Source: Acidobacteriota bacterium (GTDB lineage: Bacteria > Acidobacteriota > UBA6911 > RPQK01 > JAJDTT01). Taken from it: a DNA stretch of 64,000 bases. Of this stretch, positions 47,885-57,765 are shown in pieces. Positions within the stretch are counted from its first letter, which is position 1. Each line of letters opens with the position of its first letter. The position numbers and the translations under genes were made by a program. The notes under the pieces are model-generated. The model ran no database searches and had not been told where the DNA came from. It was given only the letters and a program-made list of their open reading frames with translations. Location of the stretch: contig OZ242374.1 of the NCBI GenBank assembly GCA_965209055.1, forward strand, positions 4,096,001 through 4,160,000, read 5' to 3'.

Positions 47885-48916
47885 GTGCCTGCCCGGAAGG
47901 GAACGACGGTGGTCTATCCTCTGCGCCGACTCGCGAAATACGTGGGTGGAGAGGTCGCAGGAGATCCGGACACACCCATCAGGCGCTTGAGACCCTTTGA
48001 GACTGCTGGTCCGGGGGATCTGACTCTTGCGGTCCGCAAGCGATACGAGGAGCGGATTCCCGAGTCCGGCGCGTCGGCCGTCATCGTTTCCAGGACGGTG
48101 CCGTTTCACAACCGTCCCTTGCTCCGCGTCGACAACCCGAAGCTGGCCTTCGCACGGCTCCTGCAATTCATCCACCAGGCGCCCTTTGTGGCCACCGGCG
48201 TATCGCCTGGCGCTACCGTGGGCCGGGACTGCTCCATCCCCGAAAGGGTGTCCATTTATCCCCATGTCTACGTCGGCGACGGCGTCACTCTGGGCGAAGA
48301 GGTGACCCTCCATGCCGGGGTTCATGTCGGGAACGGCTGCTCCATCGGTCCAGCCAGTGTGCTGCATCCGAATGTGACCATCTACGATGGCATTCGCATC
48401 GGCGCGCGCGTGATCCTGCACAGCGGAACCGTGATCGGAGCCGATGGGTTCGGCTATGTTTTCGACGGGACACGTCAGGTCAAGATTCCCCAACGGGGAA
48501 CGGTCGTGATCGAGGACGACGTGGAGATCGGCGCCAACAGTTGCGTGGATCGGGCCACCTTCGGCCGGACCACGATTTGCCGAGGCGTCAAGTTGGACGA
48601 TCACGTCCACATCGGGCACAACTGCACCATCGGCGAGAACACGGTCATCGTCGGCCAGGTGGGTGTATCAGGCAGTGTCACGATCGGCCGCAACTGCGTT
48701 CTGGCGGGACACTCGGGTGTCGTCGATCATGTGCGAATCGGCGACGGTGTCAAGGTCCTGGCCAAGACGGCAGTGACCAAGGACATCCCGGACGGGATGA
48801 CCGTGTCCGGCCAGCCGGCCAGAGACCACCGCACGACGGTGAAGATTCAGGCCCTGACCCGGCGCCTCCCTCAACTCATGGCGGAATGGCGGGCCTGGAA
48901 GAAGAGACGGCCGTGA
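47885..48916 (+). CDS. lpxD: UDP-3-O-acylglucosamine N-acyltransferase
   Basis: Hexapeptide repeats; GADGFGY; EIGANSCVDR; IGHN; start may be GTG 47909. Confidence 0.95.
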   Translation: MPARKGTTVVYPLRRLAKYVGGEVAGDPDTPIRRLRPFETAGPGDLTLAVRKRYEERIPESGASAVIVSRTVPFHNRPLLRVDNPKLAFARLLQFIHQAPFVATGVSPGATVGRDCSIPERVSIYPHVYVGDGVTLGEEVTLHAGVHVGNGCSIGPASVLHPNVTIYDGIRIGARVILHSGTVIGADGFGYVFDGTRQVKIPQRGTVVIEDDVEIGANSCVDRATFGRTTICRGVKLDDHVHIGHNCTIGENTVIVGQVGVSGSVTIGRNCVLAGHSGVVDHVRIGDGVKVLAKTAVTKDIPDGMTVSGQPARDHRTTVKIQALTRRLPQLMAEWRAWKKRRP

Positions 48917-48918
48917 AG

Positions 48919-48946
48919 GTCGCACCTTGAAAGTCGCACCTTGAAA
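48919..48946 (+). repeat. Perfect 14-bp direct repeat x2 overlapping a putative fabZ promoter
   Basis: GTCGCACCTTGAAA GTCGCACCTTGAAA; second TTGAAA-N18-TAGGAT (48965). Confidence 0.75.
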
Positions 48947-49001
48947 CCCCTTTCCGGTGGTGGGTAGGATACTCCTCTTGAAGGAAGGGCGGGAACCCGG
49001 C

Positions 49002-49451
49002 ATGTTCGACATTCAGGAGATCATGGATCTCCTCCCTCATCGCTATCCCATGCTCCTGGTGGACCGGATCGTCGAATTCCACGAGGGCGAACGGATCGTG
49101 GCCATCAAGAACGTCACCTTCAATGAGCCGTTCTTTCAGGGCCATTTTTCCGGAGCGCCCATCATGCCGGGAGTTCTGATCATCGAATCCATGGCGCAAG
49201 CCGGCGGCTTTCTGGTGTTCAAATCCCTTCCGAACCGGGAAACAAAGCTGGTTTTTCTCATGGGTATCGAGAAAGCCCGGTTTCGCCGCCCGGTCAGGCC
49301 GGGAGATCAGCTCAGGCTTGAAATGGTGGTCGTCCGGGTCAGGGGCCGGGCAGGCAAGCTGCGGGGCCAAGCTTTTGTCGGAGACCAGCGTGCGGCGGAG
49401 GCGGAGATCCTGTTCTCTCTGGTGGACCGTGCCTCGGTCGTTTCCGGCTGA
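49002..49451 (+). CDS. fabZ: 3-hydroxyacyl-ACP dehydratase
   Basis: LPHRYPMLLVDR, FFQGHF, PGVLIIESMAQ. Confidence 0.97.
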   Translation: MFDIQEIMDLLPHRYPMLLVDRIVEFHEGERIVAIKNVTFNEPFFQGHFSGAPIMPGVLIIESMAQAGGFLVFKSLPNRETKLVFLMGIEKARFRRPVRPGDQLRLEMVVVRVRGRAGKLRGQAFVGDQRAAEAEILFSLVDRASVVSG

Positions 49452-49461
49452 GGTCGACGCC

Positions 49462-50259
49462 ATGCCCGCCGCCGATAGCGCTCAGATTCATCCCACGGCA
49501 GAGGTGTCCTCCGGCGCAAAACTGGGGCATGGAGTGACCGTCGGTCCCTTTGCCGTCGTCGGGAACGGCGTCGTGATCGGTGAGGAGACCTCGGTCGGTC
49601 CTCACACCGTCCTGAAGGGCCCCACCCGCTTGGGCAAGCGGAACCGAATCGTGGGGCAATCGGCCATCGGGACCGATCCCCAGGATCTGAAGTACGGAGG
49701 AGAGAAGACCTCGCTGCAGGTGGGTGACGACAACATCATCCGCGAGTTCGTCACCATTAACCGGGGTACCGCTCAGGGTGGAGGCAAGACCACCATCGGG
49801 AGTCGCAACCTGTTCATGACGGGAGTGCATGTGGCGCACGATTGCCACCTGGGGCACGACGGCATTTTCGCGAACGCGGCGACGTTGGCGGGTCACGTGG
49901 AGATCGATAACGGGGCAACGGTCGGTGCGTTCACCGGTGTGCACCAGTTCTGCCGGGTGGGACGGCACGCCTTCATCGGCGGCTACTCCGTGATCACCCG
50001 GGACGCGCCGCCTTTCATCAAGGTCGTGGGACATCGCAGTCAGGCCCGGACCTACGGGATCAACGGTATCGGTCTCTCCCGCAAGGGATTCTCGGAAGAA
50101 CGGATTCTTTCCCTGAGAAGAGCCTACCGGTGGATCTTCCGAAAGGGTCTCACCCTGCCCGACGCTCGCGAAGGTATCCGGCAGGAAGAGTTGGCAACGC
50201 CCGACGTCGAAACGCTGCTGCAATTCCTGGAGGCCTCGACGCGGGGTTTTGTGCGTTAG
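49462..50259 (+). CDS. lpxA: UDP-GlcNAc acyltransferase
   Basis: IHPTA, PQDLKY, IREFVTINRGT, HVAHDC, VHQFCR. Confidence 0.96.
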   Translation: MPAADSAQIHPTAEVSSGAKLGHGVTVGPFAVVGNGVVIGEETSVGPHTVLKGPTRLGKRNRIVGQSAIGTDPQDLKYGGEKTSLQVGDDNIIREFVTINRGTAQGGGKTTIGSRNLFMTGVHVAHDCHLGHDGIFANAATLAGHVEIDNGATVGAFTGVHQFCRVGRHAFIGGYSVITRDAPPFIKVVGHRSQARTYGINGIGLSRKGFSEERILSLRRAYRWIFRKGLTLPDAREGIRQEELATPDVETLLQFLEASTRGFVR

Positions 50260-50365
50260 CCGCCCCTGTCCGGGTGCTCCGGAAGCCCGTGTGGGCCGGG
50301 TTTGGCGAAACCCGCTCGGTTTTTCTTCGAGCGCTCCTCGGGAACGGGGAGGGGAATCGGTGGAA

Positions 50366-51217
50366 ATGAAAAATCTCGGAATGATCGCCGGCAACGGACG
50401 GTTCCCGTTCCTGGTGCTGAATGAAGCCCGGAATCGGCGGTTGCCGGTGGTTGTGGCAGCCATTCGGGAAGAAGCGGATCCCCGGTTGGAGAAGATAACG
50501 AGCCGGCTCTCCAGTGGATCGTCGTTTCACTGGATCGGATTGGGCCAGTTGGGGAAGCTGGTTCGCGTGTTCAAGAGCGAGGGCATACGGCACGCGGTCA
50601 TGGCCGGCCAGGTAAAACATGTCCGGATATTCGCATCCGGCGTTCGGACTCCGGCGGGAATTCTGTCCGCGTTGCCCGACGGCAGGATGTTGCGCATGCT
50701 GGCCTCCCTGCGGCGGCGCAATACGCGGTCGTTGATCGAGGGCGTCATCGGAGTCCTGAGGGACGAGGGAATCGAGGTCCTGGACTCGACCTGGCTGCTT
50801 GCCGGCCTCATCCCGGACCCGGGGGTGCTCACTCGCCGCAAGCCCAACGACCGGGAAAAACGGGACATGGAATACGGCCGGGAGGTGGCCAGGGAGTTGT
50901 CCAGGCTCGACCTGGGTCAGACCGTGGTCGTCAAGGATCAGGCCGTCGTGGCAGTGGAGGCCATGGAAGGGACGGATGCGACCATTCGGAGAGCGGCTGA
51001 ATTGGTTGCAGGGAGCCGTCTCACGGTGGTGAAGGCCGGGCGTGCCCGCAATGAAATGAGATTCGACGTTCCGGTCGTCGGGTCGGAGACACTGAAGGTG
51101 TTGAAAGAGTGCCGCGTCTCCGCCCTCTCCATCGATTCCGGACGGACTCTGATCCTGGACCGCGACCAGTTCGTCCGGGGCGCCGACGAGTCGAGAATAG
51201 CGGTGGTCTGCCAATGA
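50366..51217 (+). CDS. lpxI: UDP-2,3-diacylglucosamine pyrophosphatase LpxI
   Basis: LGMIAGNGRFP, DLGQTVVV, AVEAMEGTD, RFDVPVVG. Confidence 0.93.
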   Translation: MKNLGMIAGNGRFPFLVLNEARNRRLPVVVAAIREEADPRLEKITSRLSSGSSFHWIGLGQLGKLVRVFKSEGIRHAVMAGQVKHVRIFASGVRTPAGILSALPDGRMLRMLASLRRRNTRSLIEGVIGVLRDEGIEVLDSTWLLAGLIPDPGVLTRRKPNDREKRDMEYGREVARELSRLDLGQTVVVKDQAVVAVEAMEGTDATIRRAAELVAGSRLTVVKAGRARNEMRFDVPVVGSETLKVLKECRVSALSIDSGRTLILDRDQFVRGADESRIAVVCQ

Positions 51218-52200
51218 GCGCCCAAGACCGGATCCGGGTCGGAGTCGTCGGCGTTGGGGTTTTGGGGAGTCACCATACCCGTATCTACAGCAGCCTCCCC
51301 CAAGTGAAGCTCGTGGGAGTCGCGGACCCGATTCCGGAGAGGCGGCGGGAGCTGGCTTCCCGGTACGACTGCCGATCCTGGCCCGACCACGATCCCCTGT
51401 TGGATCGGGTCGACGCCGTCAGCGTGGCCGTTCCCACCTCGCTGCATGCCGAGGTCGCCCTTCCGTTCCTGAAACGGGGAATCCACGTCCTGGTGGAGAA
51501 ACCCATCGCCGAAGACGTGGAATCCGCAACGCGCATGGTGGACGAGGCCCGCGGGGCCGTTCTCCACGTGGGTCATTCCGAGCGCTTCAATCCCGCGGTG
51601 CTGGCAATTCGGCCCTTCATCAAGACTCCCCGGTTTTTCGAGGTCCACCGGCTCAGCGTGCTGACGCCTCGCAGTCTGGATGTGGACGTGGTGTTGGACC
51701 TGATGATTCACGATCTGGATCTCATCACGCAGATGGTGCGGAGTCCGATCCGGGAGATTCGCGCGGTCGGGATTCCGGTGCTCACCCCACGGATCGACAT
51801 CGCCAACGCCCGTCTTGAATTCGAGGACGGATGCGTCGCCAATCTCACCTCGAGCCGGGTCTCGAAACAGAAGATGAGAAAGTTGAGGTTCTTCCAGGCG
51901 GACGACTACATCTCCCTCGACCTGGACCGCCAGGTGGCGGAAGTCTCGAGCATGGTGGAGGTGCACGGGTCCAAGCAAATCGTCAACCGGTCTCCTCAGG
52001 TGACGCAAGAAGAACCATTGAAGATGGAGATTACCGCGTTCCTGGAAGAGATCGCGGGCCGGCACGGCCAGGGGCGGGAAATCCGGCGTGGGTGCAGCGG
52101 CGGGGAGGGCGTCCGGGTCTTGGATCTGGCTCTGGAGATTCTGGATCGGATGACCGTGGCCGGCCGGCACGGGTCGTCCATCTCCGGAAGAAACAGGTGA
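51214..52200 (+). CDS. Gfo/Idh/MocA oxidoreductase, GnnA-like
   Basis: GVGVLG, EKP, GHSERFNP, DVVLDLMIHDLD; lies within the lpx cluster. Confidence 0.85.
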   Translation: MSAQDRIRVGVVGVGVLGSHHTRIYSSLPQVKLVGVADPIPERRRELASRYDCRSWPDHDPLLDRVDAVSVAVPTSLHAEVALPFLKRGIHVLVEKPIAEDVESATRMVDEARGAVLHVGHSERFNPAVLAIRPFIKTPRFFEVHRLSVLTPRSLDVDVVLDLMIHDLDLITQMVRSPIREIRAVGIPVLTPRIDIANARLEFEDGCVANLTSSRVSKQKMRKLRFFQADDYISLDLDRQVAEVSSMVEVHGSKQIVNRSPQVTQEEPLKMEITAFLEEIAGRHGQGREIRRGCSGGEGVRVLDLALEILDRMTVAGRHGSSISGRNR

Positions 52201-52210
52201 CCTCCGTCGA

Positions 52211-53176
52211 GTGGGAACGTTTGCGTTGAAGACGCTTTCGCCGCCCGAAGATCCCCTCCTGATCGCCGTCGCCGGCCCGACGGCCTCGGGCAAGAGCGCC
52301 CTCGCGGTCGAGGCGGCCCTCCGGCTGGACGGGGAGATCATCAACTGCGATTCGCTCCAACTTTACCGGGAACTCCAAATCGGGACCGGAAAACCGTCGG
52401 CCCGAGAAACCGGGGCCGTGCCCCATCACCTTTACGATTTCCTGGACCCCGACCAGTTCTACAGCGCAGGACGATACATGGTGGAGGCCAGGAGAGTCTG
52501 TCGACAGGTCCGGGATCGGGGAAAGACACCGTTTGTGGTGGGGGGCACGGGACTTTATCTCCGGGCTCTGCTGGCGGGAGTCTTCGAAGGACCTTCACGG
52601 TGTGATGCCGTTCGGGATCGCTTGGAGAAGATGGTGCAACGCCGAGGCCAGGAGAGAGTGCATCGTCTGCTGGTTCGAAAGGACCCCGCGACGGCCCGGA
52701 AGATCGGCGGGGGAGACCGGCGGCGCCTGATACGGGCACTGGAGGTCTACTTCCTGACAGGGACTCCCATCAGCCGGCTTCAGGAGCAGCGAATACCGCT
52801 CGCCGGATACCGCATTCTGAAGATCGGGCTGAACCTGCCCCGGCCTCTCCTCTATCAGAGGATCGATTCCCGAGCCCGTGAAATGTTTCGGAATGGCCTG
52901 CTGGACGAAGTGGATCGACTTTTGCGGAAGGGGTACGATGAGCGATGCAAGGCCTTCGAGGCGTTGGGTTACCGGTACGCCTTGCAGACCCTTCGGGGTG
53001 AGTTGAGCATGGAGGACGCCATCGAGCTGACGATCCGGGACACACGTCGCTACGCCAAACGGCAGATGACCTGGTTTCGCCGGGAGGACGGCATGCAGTG
53101 GATCCCATCGCCCGGGGAGTCGGAGCCGGCATTGAAGCAGCTTCTGGAGTTGGTCCGATGCAGTACGAGCCGGTAA
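52211..53176 (+). CDS. miaA: tRNA dimethylallyltransferase
   Basis: GPTASGKS, DSLQLY, GGTGLY, YAKRQMTWFR. Confidence 0.96.
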   Translation: MGTFALKTLSPPEDPLLIAVAGPTASGKSALAVEAALRLDGEIINCDSLQLYRELQIGTGKPSARETGAVPHHLYDFLDPDQFYSAGRYMVEARRVCRQVRDRGKTPFVVGGTGLYLRALLAGVFEGPSRCDAVRDRLEKMVQRRGQERVHRLLVRKDPATARKIGGGDRRRLIRALEVYFLTGTPISRLQEQRIPLAGYRILKIGLNLPRPLLYQRIDSRAREMFRNGLLDEVDRLLRKGYDERCKAFEALGYRYALQTLRGELSMEDAIELTIRDTRRYAKRQMTWFRREDGMQWIPSPGESEPALKQLLELVRCSTSR

Positions 53177-54615
53177 TCGGTCTGGAGGTCCACGCCCAAC
53201 TGCGCACCCGGAGCAAGGTGTTCTGCGGTTGCAGCACCCGGTTCGGAGCTCCCCCGAATTCCCAGACCTGTCCGGTCTGCCTCGGTCTTCCCGGATCGCT
53301 TCCGGTGGTCAACGTCCAAGCGGTGGAGATGGCGGCCATCGCCGGAATGGCCCTGGAGTGCCGCATCAACCGGCGTTCGCTCCTCGCTCGAAAGAACTAT
53401 TTCTACCCTGATCTTCCCAAGGGTTATCAGATCTCCCAGTTTGAAGAGCCGCTGGCGGTCGACGGGCGGGTGCGGCTTCTGACCCTGGATCGCCTGGCTC
53501 GGGGGAAGCCCGGAACAGTGCGTGAACTCAGCGTGGGGATCATCCGAGTCCATCTGGAGGAGGACGCCGGCAAGTCGATTCATGCCGCGAGGCAGGACAC
53601 GCAGGTCAACTTGAATCGATGCGGAGTCCCGTTGATGGAGATCGTCACCCATCCCGATCTGAGGTCGGGCAAGGAGGCCAGCGAGTTCCTGGACTACCTG
53701 AGACGAGTCCTGCTTTTTCTGTCGCTGTGTGACGGCAACATGGAGGAAGGGAGTCTTCGCTGCGACGCCAATGTCTCGGTCCGTCCACGGGGGGAGACTT
53801 CGCTGGGAACCAAGACTGAAATCAAGAATCTGAACTCTTTCCGATTTTTGAACAAGGCTCTTGACTACGAGATCCGGAGGCAGATTCAAGTCTTGGAGTC
53901 GGGGCGGCAAGTCGTTCAGGAGACGCGGCTTTGGGACGAGGACCTGGAAGTGACGCGTCCCATGAGAAGCAAGGAAGAGGCCCACGACTACAGGTACTTT
54001 CCCGATCCGGATCTCCTTCCGGTCGTGATCTCGGCTGAGCGATTGGACGAGATCAGGAATCAGATGCCGGAGCTTCCTGGAGACCGCGCGCGCCGGTTCG
54101 GTTCCCAGTACGGTCTCGATCCCGGTGACGCCCTCGTGGCTACCCGGACCCCCGAGTTTGCCGAATACTTTGAAGCATCCGCCGAGAGGGCCGGAAATCC
54201 AAAGTCGGTTCTGAACTGGATGGTGGGGGATGTGACCCACCGGCTGAGAAAAGACGGGCGCGGCCTCGAAGATTCTCCTGTCAAGGCTGCGGATCTCGGC
54301 GAGCTGATCCGTCTCCTGGACGACGGAACCATCAGCGGCAAGATGGCCAAGGGTGTCTTCGACCGGATGTATGAGACGGGCAAGTCTCCAGGGAAGATCG
54401 TGAGGGAGCAAAACCTGGCCCAGATCAGTGATCGGAGTGAATTGGAATCCGTCGTTTCCGGGATTTTGGAGTCGCATGCCGATGCCGTCGAACGTTATAG
54501 GAATGGGAAGCGGGGCCTGCTGGGATTCTTCGTGGGACAGGTGATGCGGCAGACCCGCGGGCAAGCCAACCCGAAAATGGTCAACGAGCTGCTCAGAAGG
54601 ATGTTGGACCGGTGA
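53158..54615 (+). CDS. gatB: Asp/Glu-tRNA amidotransferase subunit B
   Basis: IGLEVHAQL, RKNYFYPDLPK, HLEEDAGK, DYRYFPDPD. Confidence 0.97.
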   Translation: MQYEPVIGLEVHAQLRTRSKVFCGCSTRFGAPPNSQTCPVCLGLPGSLPVVNVQAVEMAAIAGMALECRINRRSLLARKNYFYPDLPKGYQISQFEEPLAVDGRVRLLTLDRLARGKPGTVRELSVGIIRVHLEEDAGKSIHAARQDTQVNLNRCGVPLMEIVTHPDLRSGKEASEFLDYLRRVLLFLSLCDGNMEEGSLRCDANVSVRPRGETSLGTKTEIKNLNSFRFLNKALDYEIRRQIQVLESGRQVVQETRLWDEDLEVTRPMRSKEEAHDYRYFPDPDLLPVVISAERLDEIRNQMPELPGDRARRFGSQYGLDPGDALVATRTPEFAEYFEASAERAGNPKSVLNWMVGDVTHRLRKDGRGLEDSPVKAADLGELIRLLDDGTISGKMAKGVFDRMYETGKSPGKIVREQNLAQISDRSELESVVSGILESHADAVERYRNGKRGLLGFFVGQVMRQTRGQANPKMVNELLRRMLDR

Positions 54616-55016
54616 GGCGCCGCCGTCCGCGTGCCCCGACTGTCGAGTCGAAACGGTTGGCGGTGATCGAAGAGAAGACCGACGACATCTACTCGATTCA
54701 ATTCGTCTTGCAGAGCCTCGGCTTTCGCACGCAGTCGTTCTCGCCCCGGTCCTCCTTGGCTGACCTGATGGGGTTCAGACCCGACTTGATCATCGTGGAC
54801 ATGATGATCTCCGGAGGAGGAGGATACCGGGTCATCCGTCAGATTCGCAGGGCCGGAAACCTGGAGCGGGTTCCGATCCTGGCCATCGGCGCCGCGGCCA
54901 TGGAGGGAAGTCCCGAAGAAATCCTGGCCGCGGGGGGGCAGGAGGTGGTGATCAAGCCTTACAGCATGACGGAGCTGCGGGAAAAGTTGGACCAGCTCGT
55001 TCCGAAGGCGAAGTAA
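54612..55016 (+). CDS. Single-domain response regulator (DivK/CheY-like)
   Basis: PDLIIVDMM (phospho-Asp), IKPY; the conserved T/S is replaced by G. Confidence 0.85.
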   Translation: MRRRRPRAPTVESKRLAVIEEKTDDIYSIQFVLQSLGFRTQSFSPRSSLADLMGFRPDLIIVDMMISGGGGYRVIRQIRRAGNLERVPILAIGAAAMEGSPEEILAAGGQEVVIKPYSMTELREKLDQLVPKAK

Positions 55017-55113
55017 AGGGGGTCGTTTCCCGGCAACTTCTCCGCTGTGGGCACAATGGGCGAAAGGACGCCCACCAGGCGCGCCCCCAAGCCTCGACAT
55101 TGCAAAATGGATT

Positions 55114-55201
55114 TGGTGCCGGAGGGGAGACTCGAACTCCCACGGGCGTCTAGCCCACTGCGTCCTGAACGCAGCGCGTCTGCCAATTCCACCACTCCGG
55201 C
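55114..55201 (-). tRNA. tRNA-Leu(CAG) with encoded CCA
   Basis: GCCGGAG acceptor stem; anticodon arm CTGCG-TTCAGGA-CGCAG; long variable arm; GTTCGAGT T-loop; ACCA 3' end. Confidence 0.97.
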
Positions 55202-55371
55202 GACCTGCCGGTGAGTTTACACCACAACCGGTGGCCGGTGCAGCAACGGACAAGCGGGAAATTGCAAGGAAAAATCCGGATCCGGAACGCCATTGGGACG
55301 GGGCTCGGAGGTTTGTGTTATCAGGGGTGGTAGGTTAGACTTTGCGGCGTCGAATTGAAGGGAAATCCGGA

Positions 55372-56346
55372 ATGTCCCAGCTCCACCGGCGAGCGTTTCT
55401 CAAGTCCATTCCAGCAGGAGCCGTGACGCTGATGTCCACGGGTCGGGCCGCCGCTTCCGGGCACAAACCGAAACTGGCGATCGGCCTCGGGTGGAGTCTC
55501 TACAACAATCGAACCCTCCGCACGCCGGACGCCATGCGCATGGCCAGCGAGGTGGGGTACGACGATGTGGAGCCGGCCATCTATCCCGGTTGGCAGGACG
55601 ATCCCAAGATCCTCACCCGGTCGGCCCGGCGTGAATTGGCCAGTCTATTCGGTGAGTTGGGACTGGGGCTGAGCGGGTTGGACGAGGACCTGAGGCTGCT
55701 GGTGGGTCCCGAGGCCCACCGGGAGAACCTGGAGCGGATCAAGCGGGCGGCGCAACTCTGGCGCGACATCTATCCCTTCAACGTGAGGACCCCCGGGCGG
55801 CGGCACCGGCGCCCCGTACTGGTCTTGACGCTGGGAGGGAAGACCTCCGAGTGGGACCAGGCGAAGGAGCCCATGGCCGAGAAGCTCCGGGAATGGGCGG
55901 AGGTTGGCCGCTCCCAAGAGATCCTGCTGGCCATCAAGCCGCACGTAGGGAGCGCCCTGCACAGTCCCGATGGTGCTCTCTGGTTGATGCGGCAGGCCGA
56001 CAGCCCGTGGGTTCGGGTGACGTATGACTACAGTCATTTCAGAGCCATGAATTTCGACATGGTGGACTCGATTCGCCTGCTTGGTTCCCATGCGGTCTTC
56101 GCACATGCCAAGGACGCGACGATCAACGACCAGGGCAAGACGCAATTCCTGCTGCCGGGGGATGGCGATACGGACTACGTGAGCTATCTCAAAGAACTTC
56201 AGGCCCAGGGTTATCGGGGATCGATCGTTCTCGAGGTCAGTGGACAGATTCACAGAAAACCGGGTTACGACCCGTTGGCGGCAGCCAGGTATTGTTATCG
56301 GCAGATGTCCCGGGCTTTTGAAAAGGCGGGTGTTTCCAGGGGTTGA
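55372..56346 (+). CDS. Tat-exported sugar phosphate isomerase/epimerase (xylose-isomerase-like TIM barrel)
   Basis: RRAFLK twin-arginine signal; KPH, DYSH, HAKD, LPGDG, LEV motifs. Confidence 0.88.
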   Translation: MSQLHRRAFLKSIPAGAVTLMSTGRAAASGHKPKLAIGLGWSLYNNRTLRTPDAMRMASEVGYDDVEPAIYPGWQDDPKILTRSARRELASLFGELGLGLSGLDEDLRLLVGPEAHRENLERIKRAAQLWRDIYPFNVRTPGRRHRRPVLVLTLGGKTSEWDQAKEPMAEKLREWAEVGRSQEILLAIKPHVGSALHSPDGALWLMRQADSPWVRVTYDYSHFRAMNFDMVDSIRLLGSHAVFAHAKDATINDQGKTQFLLPGDGDTDYVSYLKELQAQGYRGSIVLEVSGQIHRKPGYDPLAAARYCYRQMSRAFEKAGVSRG

Positions 56347-56413
56347 GCCCTCTGGAGGACGGCCCGGGTAGCGGAACTTGTCCGGAGTGACCAATACGTA
56401 AGGAGATCAGGAA

Positions 56414-57733
56414 ATGACCAAGGAATTGAATCGTCGCAGCTTCATGGGGGCCACCGCAGGGGCGGGCGCGGTCATGACCGGACTGTCGGGGTCCCTCCTG
56501 GCCAAGGGCCGCAGCCTCAACGACACCCTCCAGGTGGCGGTGCTGGGTCCCGGCGGCCGGGGCATGTACTTGTTGCGGAAGTGCCTGGAACATGCCGATG
56601 CGTACAACGCACGGGTCACCGCGGTCTGCGAAATCTGGAAACGGAACCAGAAAATCGCCACCAATCACCTCCGTGAGCACTATGGCAGCGAGACCACGCT
56701 CTATCACCATATCGACGACCTTCTGGCCGATGACGGGATCGATGCGGTCATCATCGCCACGGCCGACCACCAGCACGGCAAGATGCTGAAGATGGTGGCG
56801 GAAGCGGGAAAGGATGCCTATTGCGAAAAGCCCATGGCCAACGTGCTGTCCGAGGCCAACGACGCCTTGGACGCCTGCAGGAAGGCCGGCACCGTGGTTC
56901 AGATCGGCACCCAAGGAAGAAGCCATCCCAAGTGCATCGCCGCTCGCCGGATCATGCAGGACCAACTCATCGGCGATGTGGTTCGAGTCAGTCTGGTGGA
57001 GAACGAATACAGTCCTTATCGTTGGCGCCGCAGCCCGGAGCAACTGGCCGAGTGCCGGGAAGAGGATCTGAACTGGAAAGAGTTTCTGCTGGGTAAGCCC
57101 GATCGTCCCTTCGATCCCCGGATCTACCGGTCTTTTCGGCTGTTCAAGGACTTCTCCAGCGGAATCTACGACCAGTGGATGAGCCACGACATCGACACTC
57201 TCCACTACCTCACCGGGGAACCTTACCCCCTGAGCGCCCGGGCCGAAGGCGGCATCTACCGCTACAAGGATTACCGCGAGAATCCGGACACCACCGAGGC
57301 CGTCTTCGAATACGGAACGGGAGACAAGAAATTTTTGGCCAGCTACGGCTGCTGCCTGATCAACGGCGCCGGGACCGGCTACATCTTTCAGGGAACCAAG
57401 GGAACACTCTCGTTCGAAAAGTCGCCGCTCTTCAACGAAGTGCCCTGGCGGGTTTCCGGGGACGGGATTCGCGGCGATGAAGCTCTGAAGCCGGGAGCGA
57501 AGCAGATGCAGGGCGAGTATATCGCCGGTGAGCCGGGAGCCATGCCGAACCATCGCTTCCCTCACATGGCCAACTGGCTCGACTGCGTCCGCCGCCGCGA
57601 CGTCGATGGAATCTCCTGCCCGCCGGAAGCAGGATACGGACACTCCATCGCCTGCATCATGGCCACGGACTCCTTGTGGAGCGGCCGCAAGATGATTTTC
57701 GACCCTGACAAGCGGACGATCACTCCTGCATAG
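56414..57733 (+). CDS. Tat-exported Gfo/Idh/MocA oxidoreductase
   Basis: RRSFM signal; GPGGRG; IATADHQH; YCEKP; QIGTQ. Confidence 0.92.
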   Translation: MTKELNRRSFMGATAGAGAVMTGLSGSLLAKGRSLNDTLQVAVLGPGGRGMYLLRKCLEHADAYNARVTAVCEIWKRNQKIATNHLREHYGSETTLYHHIDDLLADDGIDAVIIATADHQHGKMLKMVAEAGKDAYCEKPMANVLSEANDALDACRKAGTVVQIGTQGRSHPKCIAARRIMQDQLIGDVVRVSLVENEYSPYRWRRSPEQLAECREEDLNWKEFLLGKPDRPFDPRIYRSFRLFKDFSSGIYDQWMSHDIDTLHYLTGEPYPLSARAEGGIYRYKDYRENPDTTEAVFEYGTGDKKFLASYGCCLINGAGTGYIFQGTKGTLSFEKSPLFNEVPWRVSGDGIRGDEALKPGAKQMQGEYIAGEPGAMPNHRFPHMANWLDCVRRRDVDGISCPPEAGYGHSIACIMATDSLWSGRKMIFDPDKRTITPA

Positions 57734-57765
57734 ATCAGCGTCCTGAACAGCGAGGGGAACCGGCC

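Noticed and set aside
55017-55340. Genomic island or prophage integrated at tRNA-Leu
   Set aside because: No integrase, no duplicated tRNA 3' end seen, and the tRNA 3' side faces housekeeping genes.
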